Under the pieces are notes generated by a model. The model had not been told where the DNA came from, ran no database searches, and worked only from the letters and a program-made list of their open reading frames with translations. From Pocillopora damicornis (lineage: Eukaryota): a stretch of DNA of 64,000 bases. The DNA is taken from NCBI RefSeq assembly GCF_003704095.1, contig NW_020845073.1, positions 620,001 through 684,000 of the forward strand, given 5' to 3'. This document shows positions 1-12,500 of this stretch, in pieces (position 1 is the stretch's first letter; each line of letters starts with the position of its first letter). Both the position numbers and the translations under genes were made by a program.

Positions 1-12
1 TACAGATCTTAC

Positions 13-3000
13 AGGTGTCACTCTTGTCGGCTAAGTTGAACACATCACCACTGCTGCCATGGCTGGTCAGATGCCATAGTGCTCGACAAACATCAATGAC
101 ATGAACAGTGCTCATCTTCAGGTCCTTAGTCCAAAGCAGCTGGAGGAAAAAAAGTATTATTAAAGTTGATTTCATTAGAATCAAAAGGCAGGCAACAATA
201 GTTGATAAAAAACAGTCAGTAGTATGGTGAGATGATCTTTTGACAAGAGTTGACCTCAAAAAAGATTAAAGGGGTTAGTTTCTACAGAAATTGTGGTGCT
301 GCATGGGTGGGAGAGTATAACAGGGTAATTAAGTATTATCAACTGAGTTGATAGCATAAATTGACCACTGTAAAGAGTTAAAAAGCTGACGTTTTGAGCA
401 TTAGCCCTTCGTCAGAGCTAGTGCTTGAAATGTCAGCTTTTAAACTCTTTACAGTGGCCAGTTTGCATTATCAACTCAGCTGATAATACTAATTACCCTA
501 AAAAAGACTGACTTATTGGTGACAGCAACCAAAATTTTTAACAATTGAAAGTAAGCAGAAGTCTTTATCTTCATTTTCATTTACCAGATGTCTCCTTGGC
601 AGTCACTGTTTGCTCTCCTAATACAATGGGCTTTTTCACCTGAAAACTATTAGATATAGAGCTACCTTCCATTCCTACTGCTGTCTCAACTCTTCCCATG
701 ACCATAAGAAACATAGGTTTGCTTTCCAATCAATTACTTGTTACTGAGCTCATGGCATGAACAATACCAAACAAAAGTTGCAAAGAAGACTTGATCTTCA
801 CTCTGATGACAATAAGTCTTTCTCAGATTTCAAAACATCATCAGTCACTGTCCCTGACAACATTACCTTTCAGAAGTATCTTAGTTATCTTTAAACCACA
901 CCCTTAAAATGAACAAACATCATAATTCATTGTCCTTAAAAACAATCCCTTTCAGAATTACCTCAGCTACCTTTTTTGTTTAAACCACACTTGTAAATGA
1001 AAAGTCAATTTCAAGTCTGCAGTTACCTTCATTTTCTCCTCCATTTGCTTATAAACAGCACCAATAATTAACCTTGGCACTGCAAATTGATGAATGTCTA
1101 AGTTATAATGGTGCACAGTTACTATTACCTCCAACAGGGACCACTACATCAATTTTCCCCTCTTCTTCCTATTACCCCTCTCACCAAGAATATGTGATTT
1201 TTGAAAAACTTAGAAATGACAGAAAAATGAAAAATTTTATTTGTTTAGTGCATCACTTTTTAAAGGCATTCAGAAAGTGTTACAGACTGAAACAGCCTAC
1301 AAGTACTTAGTACTAATAGCCTATTAGGATTCACATATCAATTTACATTGGCCTATATCCTAAAATGTTTCATAAGATAGTCTATCAGAAAGGTACTAAC
1401 TTTGATGTCCTTGAGTGTCTAATATGTTCTGTAAATGGTCGGTAGCACATACAACATGCAACATCCATGGCTTACATGGATTCTTAATATAATACTTCTT
1501 AGAAGTGACTGTCTGTGTTTGATAGATGTCTTCATTGACAGTCAACTGTGCTACTTTTAATTACTCACTCAGTCCTTGCCTGTCAGCTTTTCCATAAATA
1601 ATTGCTGGTCTAACAACAATAAAGTTTAATCTAAAAAGACAAAAAATATATCATTTAATGCTATCAACAACTTAAATTTTTCCTGTGGTTTTTTTTTCGT
1701 GTGTGTTCTCTGGTTCAAACTGGTCATCAGTCAAAAATATATGGTATATCATAGGGAAACTAAAAGTACATGTTATGAAAGGGGACTGAGGGAATAAATT
1801 GAACTGCAAAGATCATATTTGAAGCTAGTCTCAGTTTTCCATAAACCATACCCATCAAGTTTGGCTATTTCTTGTTCCACCATCAGCTTGTATTTTGCAA
1901 TGTGTGTCCATGGTGATTTCTTGCTGTCTTCGTTACTTATGCCCTGTTACAAGAACAGATTATAGGTGAATGAACAGAAGAATGGAGTTCATTTGAGTCA
2001 GTGCTGCCGCTGATCATGGAGATCTATCTGACTATTATTCTTATGATGAGTTGGAGAATGACAATAAATTGAGAGACCAAGAAGAGGACTGCTAAGAGTT
2101 GCTAACATCAATCTTTCCATGGAAATGTTTTGACTGAACAATACAAATTAAACAAAACATTTATTGTTCATTTTGCAATTGAACACTAGAGGGTTTTCCT
2201 TTTCATGAAAGGGCAAAGTAAATGATGATAAAATTGACCCCAAGAAGAAAACTGACTAGGCAACAAAGTTCCTTTTCAGGTAAATAAGTTTCAGAAATTC
2301 CTAACCTGGTGGCTTCTAACACAGCCAACACTGTTTATTTTATGCTACTGCCACAAAGTACATGTGTATTCACAAAATACCAATGAGATAAGCCAATAAT
2401 GCAGTGCATCAAGGTAGAAGGAAAATTCAAATTATTAGTGCAGCATAAACACAAAGTGTTTATGGACACAGCAAGAGACTGCATGATTGTGATAACAGCT
2501 GGTAGCAGCCAGGAAGATATTGAGAGCACAAACATTAACCCCTCTGCCTGAAACCCTTTCACTCCCAATAAATTACTTATAATTCTCTTTACAGTCTTAT
2601 ATACATTTCCAATGATGTTAGTTCTGAGAGGTGGTGTGGGATTGACTTGTGTCAATGTTGTAAGGAGAAAATCTGTACTGGTCAGTCACAGGAGTGAAAG
2701 CCAGTTAACCTATTTTCAAGGTTCTCACCTTATCGCAGGAATACACCTGAGCTGTGGAAATCTCAATGTATCTCTTCACATTACTTTCCCGTGCTTGCTT
2801 TGCACAATTTATGCTCAGTTTGAACACCCCATCTGCATAAACCTATCCAGGATTAATTAAAAAGTCCTTTAATAAATTTCTCTTACAATGGGTAGCTGGT
2901 TCATTACTATCCAACAGGGAAAATGAGAGATACATGTATATGTACATGTACACTGTATGTAAACATGGAAAAAGTCCATCCAAAAAATACTTCTGAATCT

Positions 3001-6000
3001 AAAATATCCTGTTACCTTAACATACCCTTATCTAACGTAACACAACTGTAAACCAATTAAGGAGAACTTACATATAATATTTTCTGCCATTTATTTATAA
3101 ATTAGATGAATGAAACAATATAATTTGAGTGTTAGTCACCTCCTCAGACTGTCCATATCTGGTCTCTGCAGCACAGTTTATACAAATATCAAAATCACCT
3201 CCAGAGTCACGGAAAGCTGACTCTACACTAGCTGAGTAAAAATCAAGTAGATTGTAAAATGCAAAAAAAACAGTGAGCTACAGATTTACACCCATCAATT
3301 TGATTTATCAATGATTTCATGAAAAAGGTAAAAAATTGTAATTTATGAGTTTATATACAAGATTGCTTGCTATGGCAAAATATTAAATTACAAGATGAAT
3401 TCATAAGTAACCAAACATTGCACTTGTTTCCTTCATCAAGTCCTGTGATTGATCAAACTCAAAATCACTTTCCAAACCAATCAGATGAAATGGACTTGGA
3501 GTAACCAGAACTGGCACTTAGTAACCTGCATTTTTCTGTGTCTTGATGCACTTTACTATTTTATCTCATCATCTACTTGAGATACAAACTGTTCTTCAGA
3601 TTGCCTGCTGTGATTTTGGCTGTGAAATCCAAAGGCCCTCGAACAAATGAAGCTTTTTGATGGAATAGGGTCTACTAATTCCTACTGACAGTTCATTCAT
3701 GCTCAATTATTTAAGTCACGCTCTTGACCTCATGTATAATTTAGTACTGAATACATTTGATACTTACCAGGATGAATGAGATTGGCACTCTTAAATTCCA
3801 CACTGTCATGATTAAATGCTGCCTGTAAAGAAAATAAGTTTGCATATAGTATAAAGGAATTATTAATGAACACTATGAGGATTCACAATGTAAGATGAGG
3901 TTACTAAATTCAAGACAAAAATCTATTTCAGTTGTGATAATTGTTACATAAGAAAAGCAAGATAACTCTTACTTTATGTCTTTCATTCAACCAAGCTGTT
4001 TGTGGTGGAACTTTATCAACAGCCCTAATCTTTAAGACAAACAAAAACAAACTTGAAAATGTTACAATAGTTACAACAGTTAGCTGATGAATGAGGAAGG
4101 GTGTCTTTAAATCAATTTCAGCTGGATAAGAAATTAGGACTGCCCCAGTGTGCAATTACCAGGTGATAGGAAGAAAAAAATTACAGTTGCCGATAATAGT
4201 GCAAACACAAGAAGCCATGCCTAACCCTGCAAAGCCTTTTTTTATAGCAGTAATAATCTATTAGAAAATTGTTCAAATTATTCAGAGTCTCAAATAGTAC
4301 TTTGAAATAAGTGGCTGATCTTCCACAAACAAGATTATCATTCCTTTGTGGAGCACTGATCAATTGTAAATGGTTGACAAAAAAGACTCAGATTCTTTTT
4401 TACACAAAGAATTGCCCAACTAACAAAGGTGAAGGAACTGACAATGTCTCTGGCAATCAGTGACAAAGAAAATTTTATCATCTCTTTGAAAGAACAGATT
4501 TATATTGTTACTGCCCTAGTGTTATATATTATCCAAGTTAAAAAAAGAATGCTCCAAACAAGATTCTTTGGTCCACATTAATTTTGTCATCACTAACAAA
4601 ATAAAATAACAGCCTTTTTATAGTCTAACCTTTGAACACAGCTTGTGCTCAATAAGGTAGCATACAAGGTTGCGGCCAACAAATCCCAATCCTGAAAAAA
4701 AAAAAAAAAGCATTACAATAACATCTAGTCTAAATAATAATAATAATAATAAGGTTAGGGTTAATTAAACCCTGTAGTAATGACTTAACCCTTTAACACC
4801 CATGAGTGACCAAGACAGAATTTCTCCTCACAATATCAGTACAATATCAACCAGATAGTGATAAGAACAAAGAAAACTATCAATTTGGGGATAATTGATC
4901 CAATACTAAATTCTCAGAAGTAACATAAAAATTGTATAGATGACAGAAAGGAGAATTACAAATTTGATCTGGGAGTTAAAGAGTTAAAAGCTTATTTCTC
5001 CTGATTCTAATCCTAATTCTTTTATAACTAACCAACAGGGGCTTAAAAGGGTTATGATTAAAATTATGAACTTTTTTTAGTTAAAATTTTATTTTCATGC
5101 AGGAAAGAGGTTATTCTTCAGAAAATTCTTAATTTCCTTTGCCCCTGAACCTAGTAAGTCTTATTCTTGTAATCATACAAAGGACTCAAAGGAAAGAAGA
5201 ATCTAGTAAATGCATCTGTTTTTGGTTAAACGTTTTGAAATGAAATTAATATCCAACTGCAACATAAATTTCATTCATGGATATTGATGTAAAAAATCAG
5301 TTAGCTTTAATAGAACCCTCTCTGTCAAAAGAAAAGAAAACAGTTTGAGTTTCCTGGGAGTTCAATTTAAACTTACAATATATGATCCAAACATATGCTT
5401 CAAGGAAAACAGCTAAGCTATTCAGAATCTGCGTATGAATTACTCTCCCTTCCACTCTCATCTCCCCCTGATTGATTTTTTCCTTTTCTTCTTCTCATCC
5501 TTGCCGTTACTAATGTGAAACCAAGGTGAACAAGAACAGGCCTTTGGGTCTAAAGCTATCAAATGAACAGGTGTGCCATGCTTCGTTTTTCACCCCAACC
5601 CCAAGCATAATACAGAAACAATATCTATGTATAGCGATTAATTATATTCTTCCGGTATTGAATATTTGAACATGTACAGAGTGACTCCTATCATCCTCTA
5701 CATCAATGCGGCGAAATTGTAAACTGTAGGAGCAATTTGAAGTAAAACAAATTTACTTTAGATAATCAAAAAGCCTGCAAATTAATTCATTGAGAATTGA
5801 ATTATAAGTACAGATTAATCATATCTTAATTTGTTTACCTTTGAATCGATTTTATCTTGAATAATTGCTTTAACTGGATTACCCAGGTGCAATACAATTA
5901 AGTACAATTAGTGATAAATTGATCGAGGGTTACCACTGCTGCTTCGGAGGAAAACAGTAACATGACAATCGAGTCAAAGCAGTCAGTAGCCCGTTAATGG

Positions 6001-6126
6001 CTGGAAAACACCTTATGCGATAGTACACTTGCATTTAAATCTCACTGGACAGTAATCATCCATTTAAATCAGATATAACATGGTGCACTTACCGCCAAGT
6101 ATCAAAACTTTTGGTTTTGATGCCAT
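13..6126 (-). CDS. NAD-dependent epimerase/dehydratase family protein (extended/atypical SDR), 5' part; gene continues beyond the window start
   Basis: Ten GT-AG exons in continuous frame: 6126-6093, 4691-4630, 4029-3973, 3822-3768, 3231-3140, 2842-2729, 1943-1852, 1630-1569, 1079-1027, 139-13. Translation MASKPKVLILGGLGFVGRNLVCYL...IRAVDKVPPQTAWL...CINCAAET...YIEISTAQVY...PWTHIAKYK...FIVVRPAIIYG...TVHVIDVCRALWHL...VFNLADKSDT. It has the Rossmann GGxGxxG, NxAA, RPxxIYG and HVxD motifs. An alternative in-frame ATG lies at 6138. Confidence 0.9.
271..499. mobile_element. Penelope-like element terminal fragment forming a long palindrome with a minimal hammerhead ribozyme core
   Basis: 322-499 is an imperfect inverted repeat (agggtaattaagtattatcaactgagttgata ... 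tatcaactcagctgataatactaattaccct). The minus strand 419-384 reads AGCT-CTGACGA-AGGGC-TAAT-GCTC-AAAAC-GTC-AGCT, a minimal type I hammerhead layout with GAAA changed to AAAA. Confidence 0.7.
2550..2708. mobile_element. piggyBac-type MITE, internally deleted and degenerate
   Basis: aaccctttcactccca ... ggagtgaaagccagttaa; internal sequence is similar to the 13780-13991 copy. Confidence 0.6.
4785..4987. mobile_element. piggyBac-type MITE (~200 bp, TTAA TSD)
   Basis: TTAA-CCCTTTAAC ... GTTAAAGAG-TTAA; reverse-orientation relative of the 13780-13991 copy. Confidence 0.8.
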
Positions 6127-6138
6127 TATCTTTGGCAT

Positions 6139-7313
6139 AAAATCTTCTCCAATGGGCCCGCTACAAGGGAGAATGGAAGATAATGCTTTTAGGTTACACA
6201 TTTCGAATGTGAATGCCAGAATCAATTTACCAGCGTCGCGAGTTGATCATGAAAAATAAGCTTAACAATCGCGAAAAGCACCAAGGGCAGTCTAGAGAAG
6301 TGCGAGGGAATGTTGAGAAGATAGGTGACCCTGTTATCTTGTCCTTACCCGCAGACCTTCGAGTTGTTCGCTATTTTCTATCATGCATGAAGGAGATACG
6401 AAACCAAAAGGTGTGCACTGACTCAATAAGAAATACTCGAGCGAAACTCTTATGTGACTCGAAGAAAAACAGATGGGGTTGTGAAGAAAACCGCTGGCCA
6501 CCAGCTTTTGTATATGTCGGTGTATCAACATCTAGATCTTGGGATATAGATTTCCTATGAATTTTCGAAAACGCCTTCTTTCTGAAGTTTACTAAATATT
6601 TTCCGACGCATGATTTGATAAATTCTTTGCTTTTAAAGTGGCAGTTAAAAATCTTATTCAGATATTACAATCAAGCGAACTAGTGTTAAAAAGATTTCCT
6701 CATGTACTGCCCTAATGTGATTTTTTAACGATTGAAGTCGGGAATCTAAGAAATAATTGCTAAAGCAAGCGTGTTCGAAGCTTTAACTGAGATTTTGGAG
6801 GCTTTCTATGAACACTTTCTAACAAACAAGAGCAAGCAAGTGAAGTTCTGGCGGGAAGGGTTTCTATATACGGGAACTTCGCGTAAGCTCAATAATTTTT
6901 ATTAGGGAGAAATTTATACTTGATCACAAAGCTTTTGACCTTGAATAAATATAAAATCTTCAGATACTTTCAATTGTGATATATTAGAATCAAAATATAT
7001 TTTCAGGAATCACACTAAATGTAAATGGTTTTTATTCAGGGATGCTAAGGTAAATGAAATACGTTTCATCTATATGTCTTTGATCAGAAAAGTACTTTCC
7101 TTCTACTAGTAGATCACGTGGTCAAACAACAACGGCGTCCAAATGCAAAGGAAGTTCTAAACGATCGACGAGAACCAACCATGTGCTTCCGCTGCTTGTT
7201 TCCGGCCTTCTTGCAGCCTGAATATTTGTGATGGCTTAACTTTTTCAAGGATACTTTTTTCCAGGAGACAGACGATCACTTAAGGGATCAAATTGCGGAA
7301 CACGTTCACCAGG
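6139..7313. promoter_or_regulatory. Divergent (head-to-head) promoter region of the SDR gene and GABPB, including the probable non-coding GABPB first exon
   Basis: CpG-rich relative to the flanking introns. E-box TCACGTGG at 7114-7121; ETS-like cores AGGAAGT 7149-7155, GCTTCCG 7185-7191, TTTCCGG 7199-7205; strong donor G|GTAAGT after 7313 that can splice to the acceptor at 9554. Confidence 0.55.
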
Positions 7314-7998
7314 GTAAGTAAGATTTTGTCGCGATTTCCAGGGCTGCCGAGCATAAGTTGTAAGGAAAATTCTCGCTTCCGTGTTGTTCTTTTCCTTCTG
7401 AGTGCTGGATGTTTGTATGGGTTACGAGCCATGTTTTGATTTACTTCTCCGCTTTAAACTGTGTAATTTCGAAAGCTAAGTAATTTGAATACCTGCTCAA
7501 TTATTTTTAAGGGAGCAATTTTGCGAGTTCATCCTTTAAATTGAAGTTTCCTGAACCGGTAGTTTGTATGTTATGTAGACGCGTTTGTATTTTGCATAAA
7601 TTAGATACTCCGGATGTGAGCGGTTGGATGGCGTGTGTTTCTCAATTTTTCCAGCCCCATTCCATAAGCCCTACACTTGTATATTTAAACCTTAAGATTG
7701 ATATTTATTCTTAGTGACTTTGATATTTTTTAGTCCATTTCTGTGGTATTATGCACATGGTTTGTTAAAATCATGTACATGTCAAGTTGTGTATTTACAC
7801 GATCGGTCGTCTTCGATTTCAAATTTCGTCTCAATGATTTCAAGCTGGCATGGTCTCAACAACCAAGTAACTTAACGTAATTAAAACTATTTTTCTAAAC
7901 CTTTCAACTCACTTCAGAGACATATATTGTTTATATATTAACTCAGGTGTAAAATTTTGTTTTGCGTTGATGTGTGCTGTGTGTTCAACCTGCGGAAT

Positions 7999-8022
7999 CA
8001 AGATGGCGGAATTGACTTCCGG
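7999..8022. promoter_or_regulatory. Composite YY1 + ETS/GABP motif in GABPB intron 1
   Basis: CAAGATGGCGG (YY1 consensus) at 7999-8009, followed by ACTTCCGG (= CCGGAAGT, GABPA consensus) at 8015-8022. Confidence 0.5.
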
Positions 8023-9040
8023 ACAATCAAGATTTACGCGTAGCAGGCCTTTCGCGATCGTTTCGAATTTTTGCTAATATTGTGACACTCAGCATTCTTC
8101 TTGCATCAGCGAATCAGGGTGATTAAATTGTTTCTTCCGTGATGATGAAATATTGTATTCTAGATCAACTTGCTACAGAAAAACTCCAGGTTTTAACATG
8201 TATGCATGTCGACAATGTAAACCTTGTATACACATATGTGTACTTTAGGATAGGATAAATATTGGACTGTCAATGATTTTTTTTATTATGAGCATGTTTT
8301 TGGCCTACTTTTGCTCGGTGTAACATTCACTGATCGTTGCTTTTCTTGCTCCAAAATTATACCTGAAACACTCAGAAGTTAGTGAACATGCTAATATGTA
8401 CTTGTACCATATGTTGTCTTTTTTACAATTTGCAATCTTGAAACTTACTTTACATGAAGTGAGTGTAAAATCATAGTAAATTTTTTACTTTTAAGTCATG
8501 CTTGGTTTTCATATATCTTGGGAAATTGTTGTGGAGAATTTCACTGCATCAATTTGACTCTTACTTTTAAGAAATCGTGTGAAAATTAAAAGAATTGTGT
8601 TCTTCAAACCTCCATTCTTGAGTCATTAAAATAGTGGAACGATTGGAAACACAAATAGCAAGGAAGAGTCGGCTTCCTCCATTGAGAGTCATGGGAAACT
8701 CAAAAATTTCCTGTAAAAATGTTCGTATTTGCCACGCAGGACACTCCTGGTAATTTATGAAATAACCCTCAGTTATAATTACAGTGTAAGGTATATTTCT
8801 CCTTATAGTATGTACACATTCAATGTTCGATGAGACTTATCAAATTTGATTCAACAGAAGCATCAAATGCATGTAAAAGCATGTTTTGACAGACATTGTA
8901 AAATTGTCTTCATACCACAACAGTGTGTTTTACATGTATATTATCCATGTGTACTCAGAGATGTATTATATACAAATCAATCAGTGTACACTCACCTTAG
9001 TTACATTCAAATCCTGAATGATTTTAGTAGCTTTAATTTA

Positions 9041-9473
9041 TTAACCCTGTGACCCTTAAGAGTGACCCGCTAGCATCTAATTTCCCTTAACATTATCACC
9101 CCTGAATAGTCCATTTTACAGTTGTGTGCTTGGTTGCCAAGCCTTTGAACAGGAGTGAGGCTAAGGGTGACCATGTTATGATACAAACCTTGCTGCTTTT
9201 GAAATGCAAATTAATTTGTTATCATGCTAACTAGATTCAGGTCTCTAACACAACAAGGTCACCTTCAGCCTCAGTCTAAATCAAAGGCTTGGCAACTAAG
9301 TACACAACTGTAAAATGGCCTATTGCACATTAAGGCCTAAAAATTGATGGAAATAATCACCAACTAAAGAAGCTCTTGATTGTTAAACAAATTCTCTTTG
9401 TCAGCATCTAAGGAAATGTTTAGAGAACAGTTAAGAGATTATGCATACTGATGTTATGGTGTAAAAGGCTTTA
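9041..9473. mobile_element. piggyBac-type MITE interrupted by a nested MITE
   Basis: Both halves match the 12677-12892 family (ttaaccctgtgaccc...cacccctgaat / cacattaagg...ggtgtaaaaggc). Confidence 0.75.
9105..9324. mobile_element. Long-TIR MITE nested in a piggyBac-type MITE (PIF/Harbinger-ISL2EU-like termini)
   Basis: TIR aatagtccattttacagttgtgtgcttggttgccaagcctttga ... tcaaaggcttggcaactaagtacacaactgtaaaatggcctatt; the inverted similarity extends ~70 bp. Confidence 0.75.
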
Positions 9474-9569
9474 TACTGTATTGATGAGGTTTTTTTTTTG
9501 TAGAGAATACCATGCATTTCAATCTTTAAATGTAGGTTTCCCTTTCATCTACAGAATATATTGATCATT

Positions 9570-12500
9570 ATGAAAGAGAAGGAAAAGTCCTCATTAGTAG
9601 ACCTGGGAAAGCGGTTGCTTGAAGCATCTCGTAAAGGACATGCAGATGAAGTTAGTGTTCTCATGGCATCTGGAGCTCCTTTTACAACAGACTGGGTAAG
9701 GTTTTGATAATAGATTCTAATCTTAGTACTTTATGGATGTAGGAAAATTGAAAGTTAGATATTTTGGCCAGCTTTCACTTATACTTCAGAGAATACAGTG
9801 CTGTAGAGGAGGTTCAACTTTACAAGGAGGATGTAAGTACACCTGTCCTGTACTTTAAAATTGTGCAGAGCGACAATCTAGATAGAAATCCTTTCAATAA
9901 AACCCTTCCTTTCTGGAGTTTAAGCTTTTCCTTTTCCATAGAGATTTTTCTCTGTTGTCAATATGAGATACTTTCACCCTTCAATACATGAGCGCACAGT
10001 CAAAGCCTTAATTAAGCAAGCTTATGAAAATTTTCCTTACTACTAATAGCCCAGTTAAACAGCCTTATAAAGAATGAGACTAAATTGTGGATGACAAGTT
10101 GTTTTTTCTTGTCAGCTTGGAACATCCCCATTACACTTAGCAGCACAGCATGGTCATAGCCAGACAGCAGAAGCATTACTGCGGGCAGGGGTCAGCAGAG
10201 ACGCTCGAACAAAGGTATAAATTTTATGACTTCTCAACAAAGAGATGTAGAGATACATGTACACGAAACGTTATTAATGTCTGTAAGGTCAATATTAGGA
10301 AATTTCTAGGTAACTGTATTTTACGTGATTATATCACTTAAGTTAAATGTTATTTTTCAGGTTGACAGAACACCCCTACATATGGCGGCTCAACATGGTC
10401 ACAAACAAGTAGTTGATCTTCTCATTTCTTCTGGGGCCTGTGCAAACAATACTGATATGGTAAGTTAATGTGGTTTTTAAAGGATTTTGATGTTACAGTG
10501 TACCTCGTTTGAATTTTTCGAGGTTCAAAATTCCTCAGACCAATTTGATTTTGATTAATTACTCTGATTCAAAATATTGTGTTATAAAAATGTAAATAAT
10601 TATTACCAACTGGTTTGGAAATTTGATTAATTGTGGAAAATGTAAACTTCCACTTACAGTGTGTGTACCATAATGATTTAGTTAAGCACCCAGGGTGCTT
10701 ATTTACTTCTGATACCTCAAGGTAGGCTCTTAAAAGGGACAGAGTGCACATTTCTTCTTTGAGAAAGAGCAGAATCTGGGAAACAGCTTTTATGTTTATC
10801 TAAAAATGAGCAATAACAGAAACTGTAAGTTTAACTGATATACAATGAATATTTGCATAGTAATGTTAGGGAATGTACCTTGTGCTCAAGCAGTGCTATG
10901 ATCACTGAGACAGAATGGGGACGCGTATTAGAATAGGGGCGTTTACTGGAATGAGGGTGCTTACACAGTAGGGGCGTTTCTTAGAATAGGGGCACCTCAT
11001 AACAAAAGCAACTGTTAGGTTTGATTATATTTACAGTATTTTTTTATTATTATTACTCCAGTTAAACATGACACCTCTTCATTGGGCCTGTGAACATAAT
11101 CATGTTGAGATTGTCAAAATTCTGCTTAGAGCAGGAGCCAAGATTGATATAAAGAGCAAGGTAACTTAATTCTTGGTGATGTTTGTCAACATAGTTATTG
11201 TTTATTTGTTTTTAAATCAAAATGTTTGTGACTATTTTTACTGTTCATCAAACATGTTTCACTATGTTTATTCCATCCTCATCTGCATTGATTAAGCTCA
11301 ATGCTTAAAAGAAAAAGCTAGAATATGAAAACAAACAAGTAAGAAATGATTTCTACTGATTTAATCCTAAACATCGGTTAACCCTTCCATACCTCTTAAT
11401 CCACTTGATGTCGATCTGGCTCTTCCCCCTAATAATCTTTCAAAAACCTAGTCACAAAAACATTAATCCTGAAAAAATTATTTGGCTAAACTCAATGGGC
11501 AGTTATCAAGATTCTTATCATATTTTGTTTGACTAAAATGATTCCACAGTTAGTATACATAGCTGTGAGTTGTATGATTGTTATACATTAAATAGTCTCT
11601 TAAATATACACAAATTATAAATTGTCACAATTATTATTTTAAATCATGCTTAGCTGTGGGCGTAAAGTTTTTTCATGTGGAGAAAAGTTTTGTTTGCCTT
11701 GTTTCTCAAACACTGTTATGTAAAAACAAGGTGCAATTAAAAAAATTAGTTATCACCATGAAATCCCAGATCTTGAAAATTTACAGTTGAAAGAGGGGTA
11801 TAGTTGTAGTTACCCAACTTACTTTGTGCAGCAAATGTACTTAGCATAAGATTTCACACCTTAGTTAAACCTTTGGTGTAGGGGCATGTACCTGTATTTC
11901 TTGCATCTGTGGTGGATTCCTTACACCATATATTCATTTGGTATCCTATCATCTTATTCAGTTTGGCAAGACTTCAGTTGACATCGCCAGAGCTAAAGGC
12001 TATAGCGAAGTGTTACAGGCTTTATCCTCAGATCAGGTTAGCTGCTAAGAAATTTTGATCAGCTTTACGAGGGCAATTTATCATTTACTACAAATGAAAA
12101 GCAAAATTTATAATGACAAATTGCACTTCTGATATTTTTTCATGTCTTTACATGAGTTATATTTACATGCATGAGTTGGTTGATCTTACTGTCAGAGTAT
12201 CAGCAAGCTTTCAGGTTACCAGCATGCACTGATCTGCATGTGTCTGGAGGATGGAACATACATGTTTTTACGCCTTGAAGGGCTGAAAACTCAATCCTTG
12301 TGATCCATTGCTAGGAGAATGCCTCATTTTTGTCACAAAATTATATGGACAGTGTGCATTTGTAAGGAGCTTGTAATCCCAAGCATTATCATTGCATGCT
12401 AACAAAGTTAGCCAGTGGTAATAGTTAATGATATTACTTATATGCTATAGGAAAAGCAAGTCAAAAATTTTATATTAAATATAGAAATTATTGACTTGTT

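Noticed and set aside
6213-6560. 115-aa ORF between the SDR gene and GABPB
   Set aside because: It lies in the divergent promoter region, has no recognisable motifs and is likely a chance ORF.
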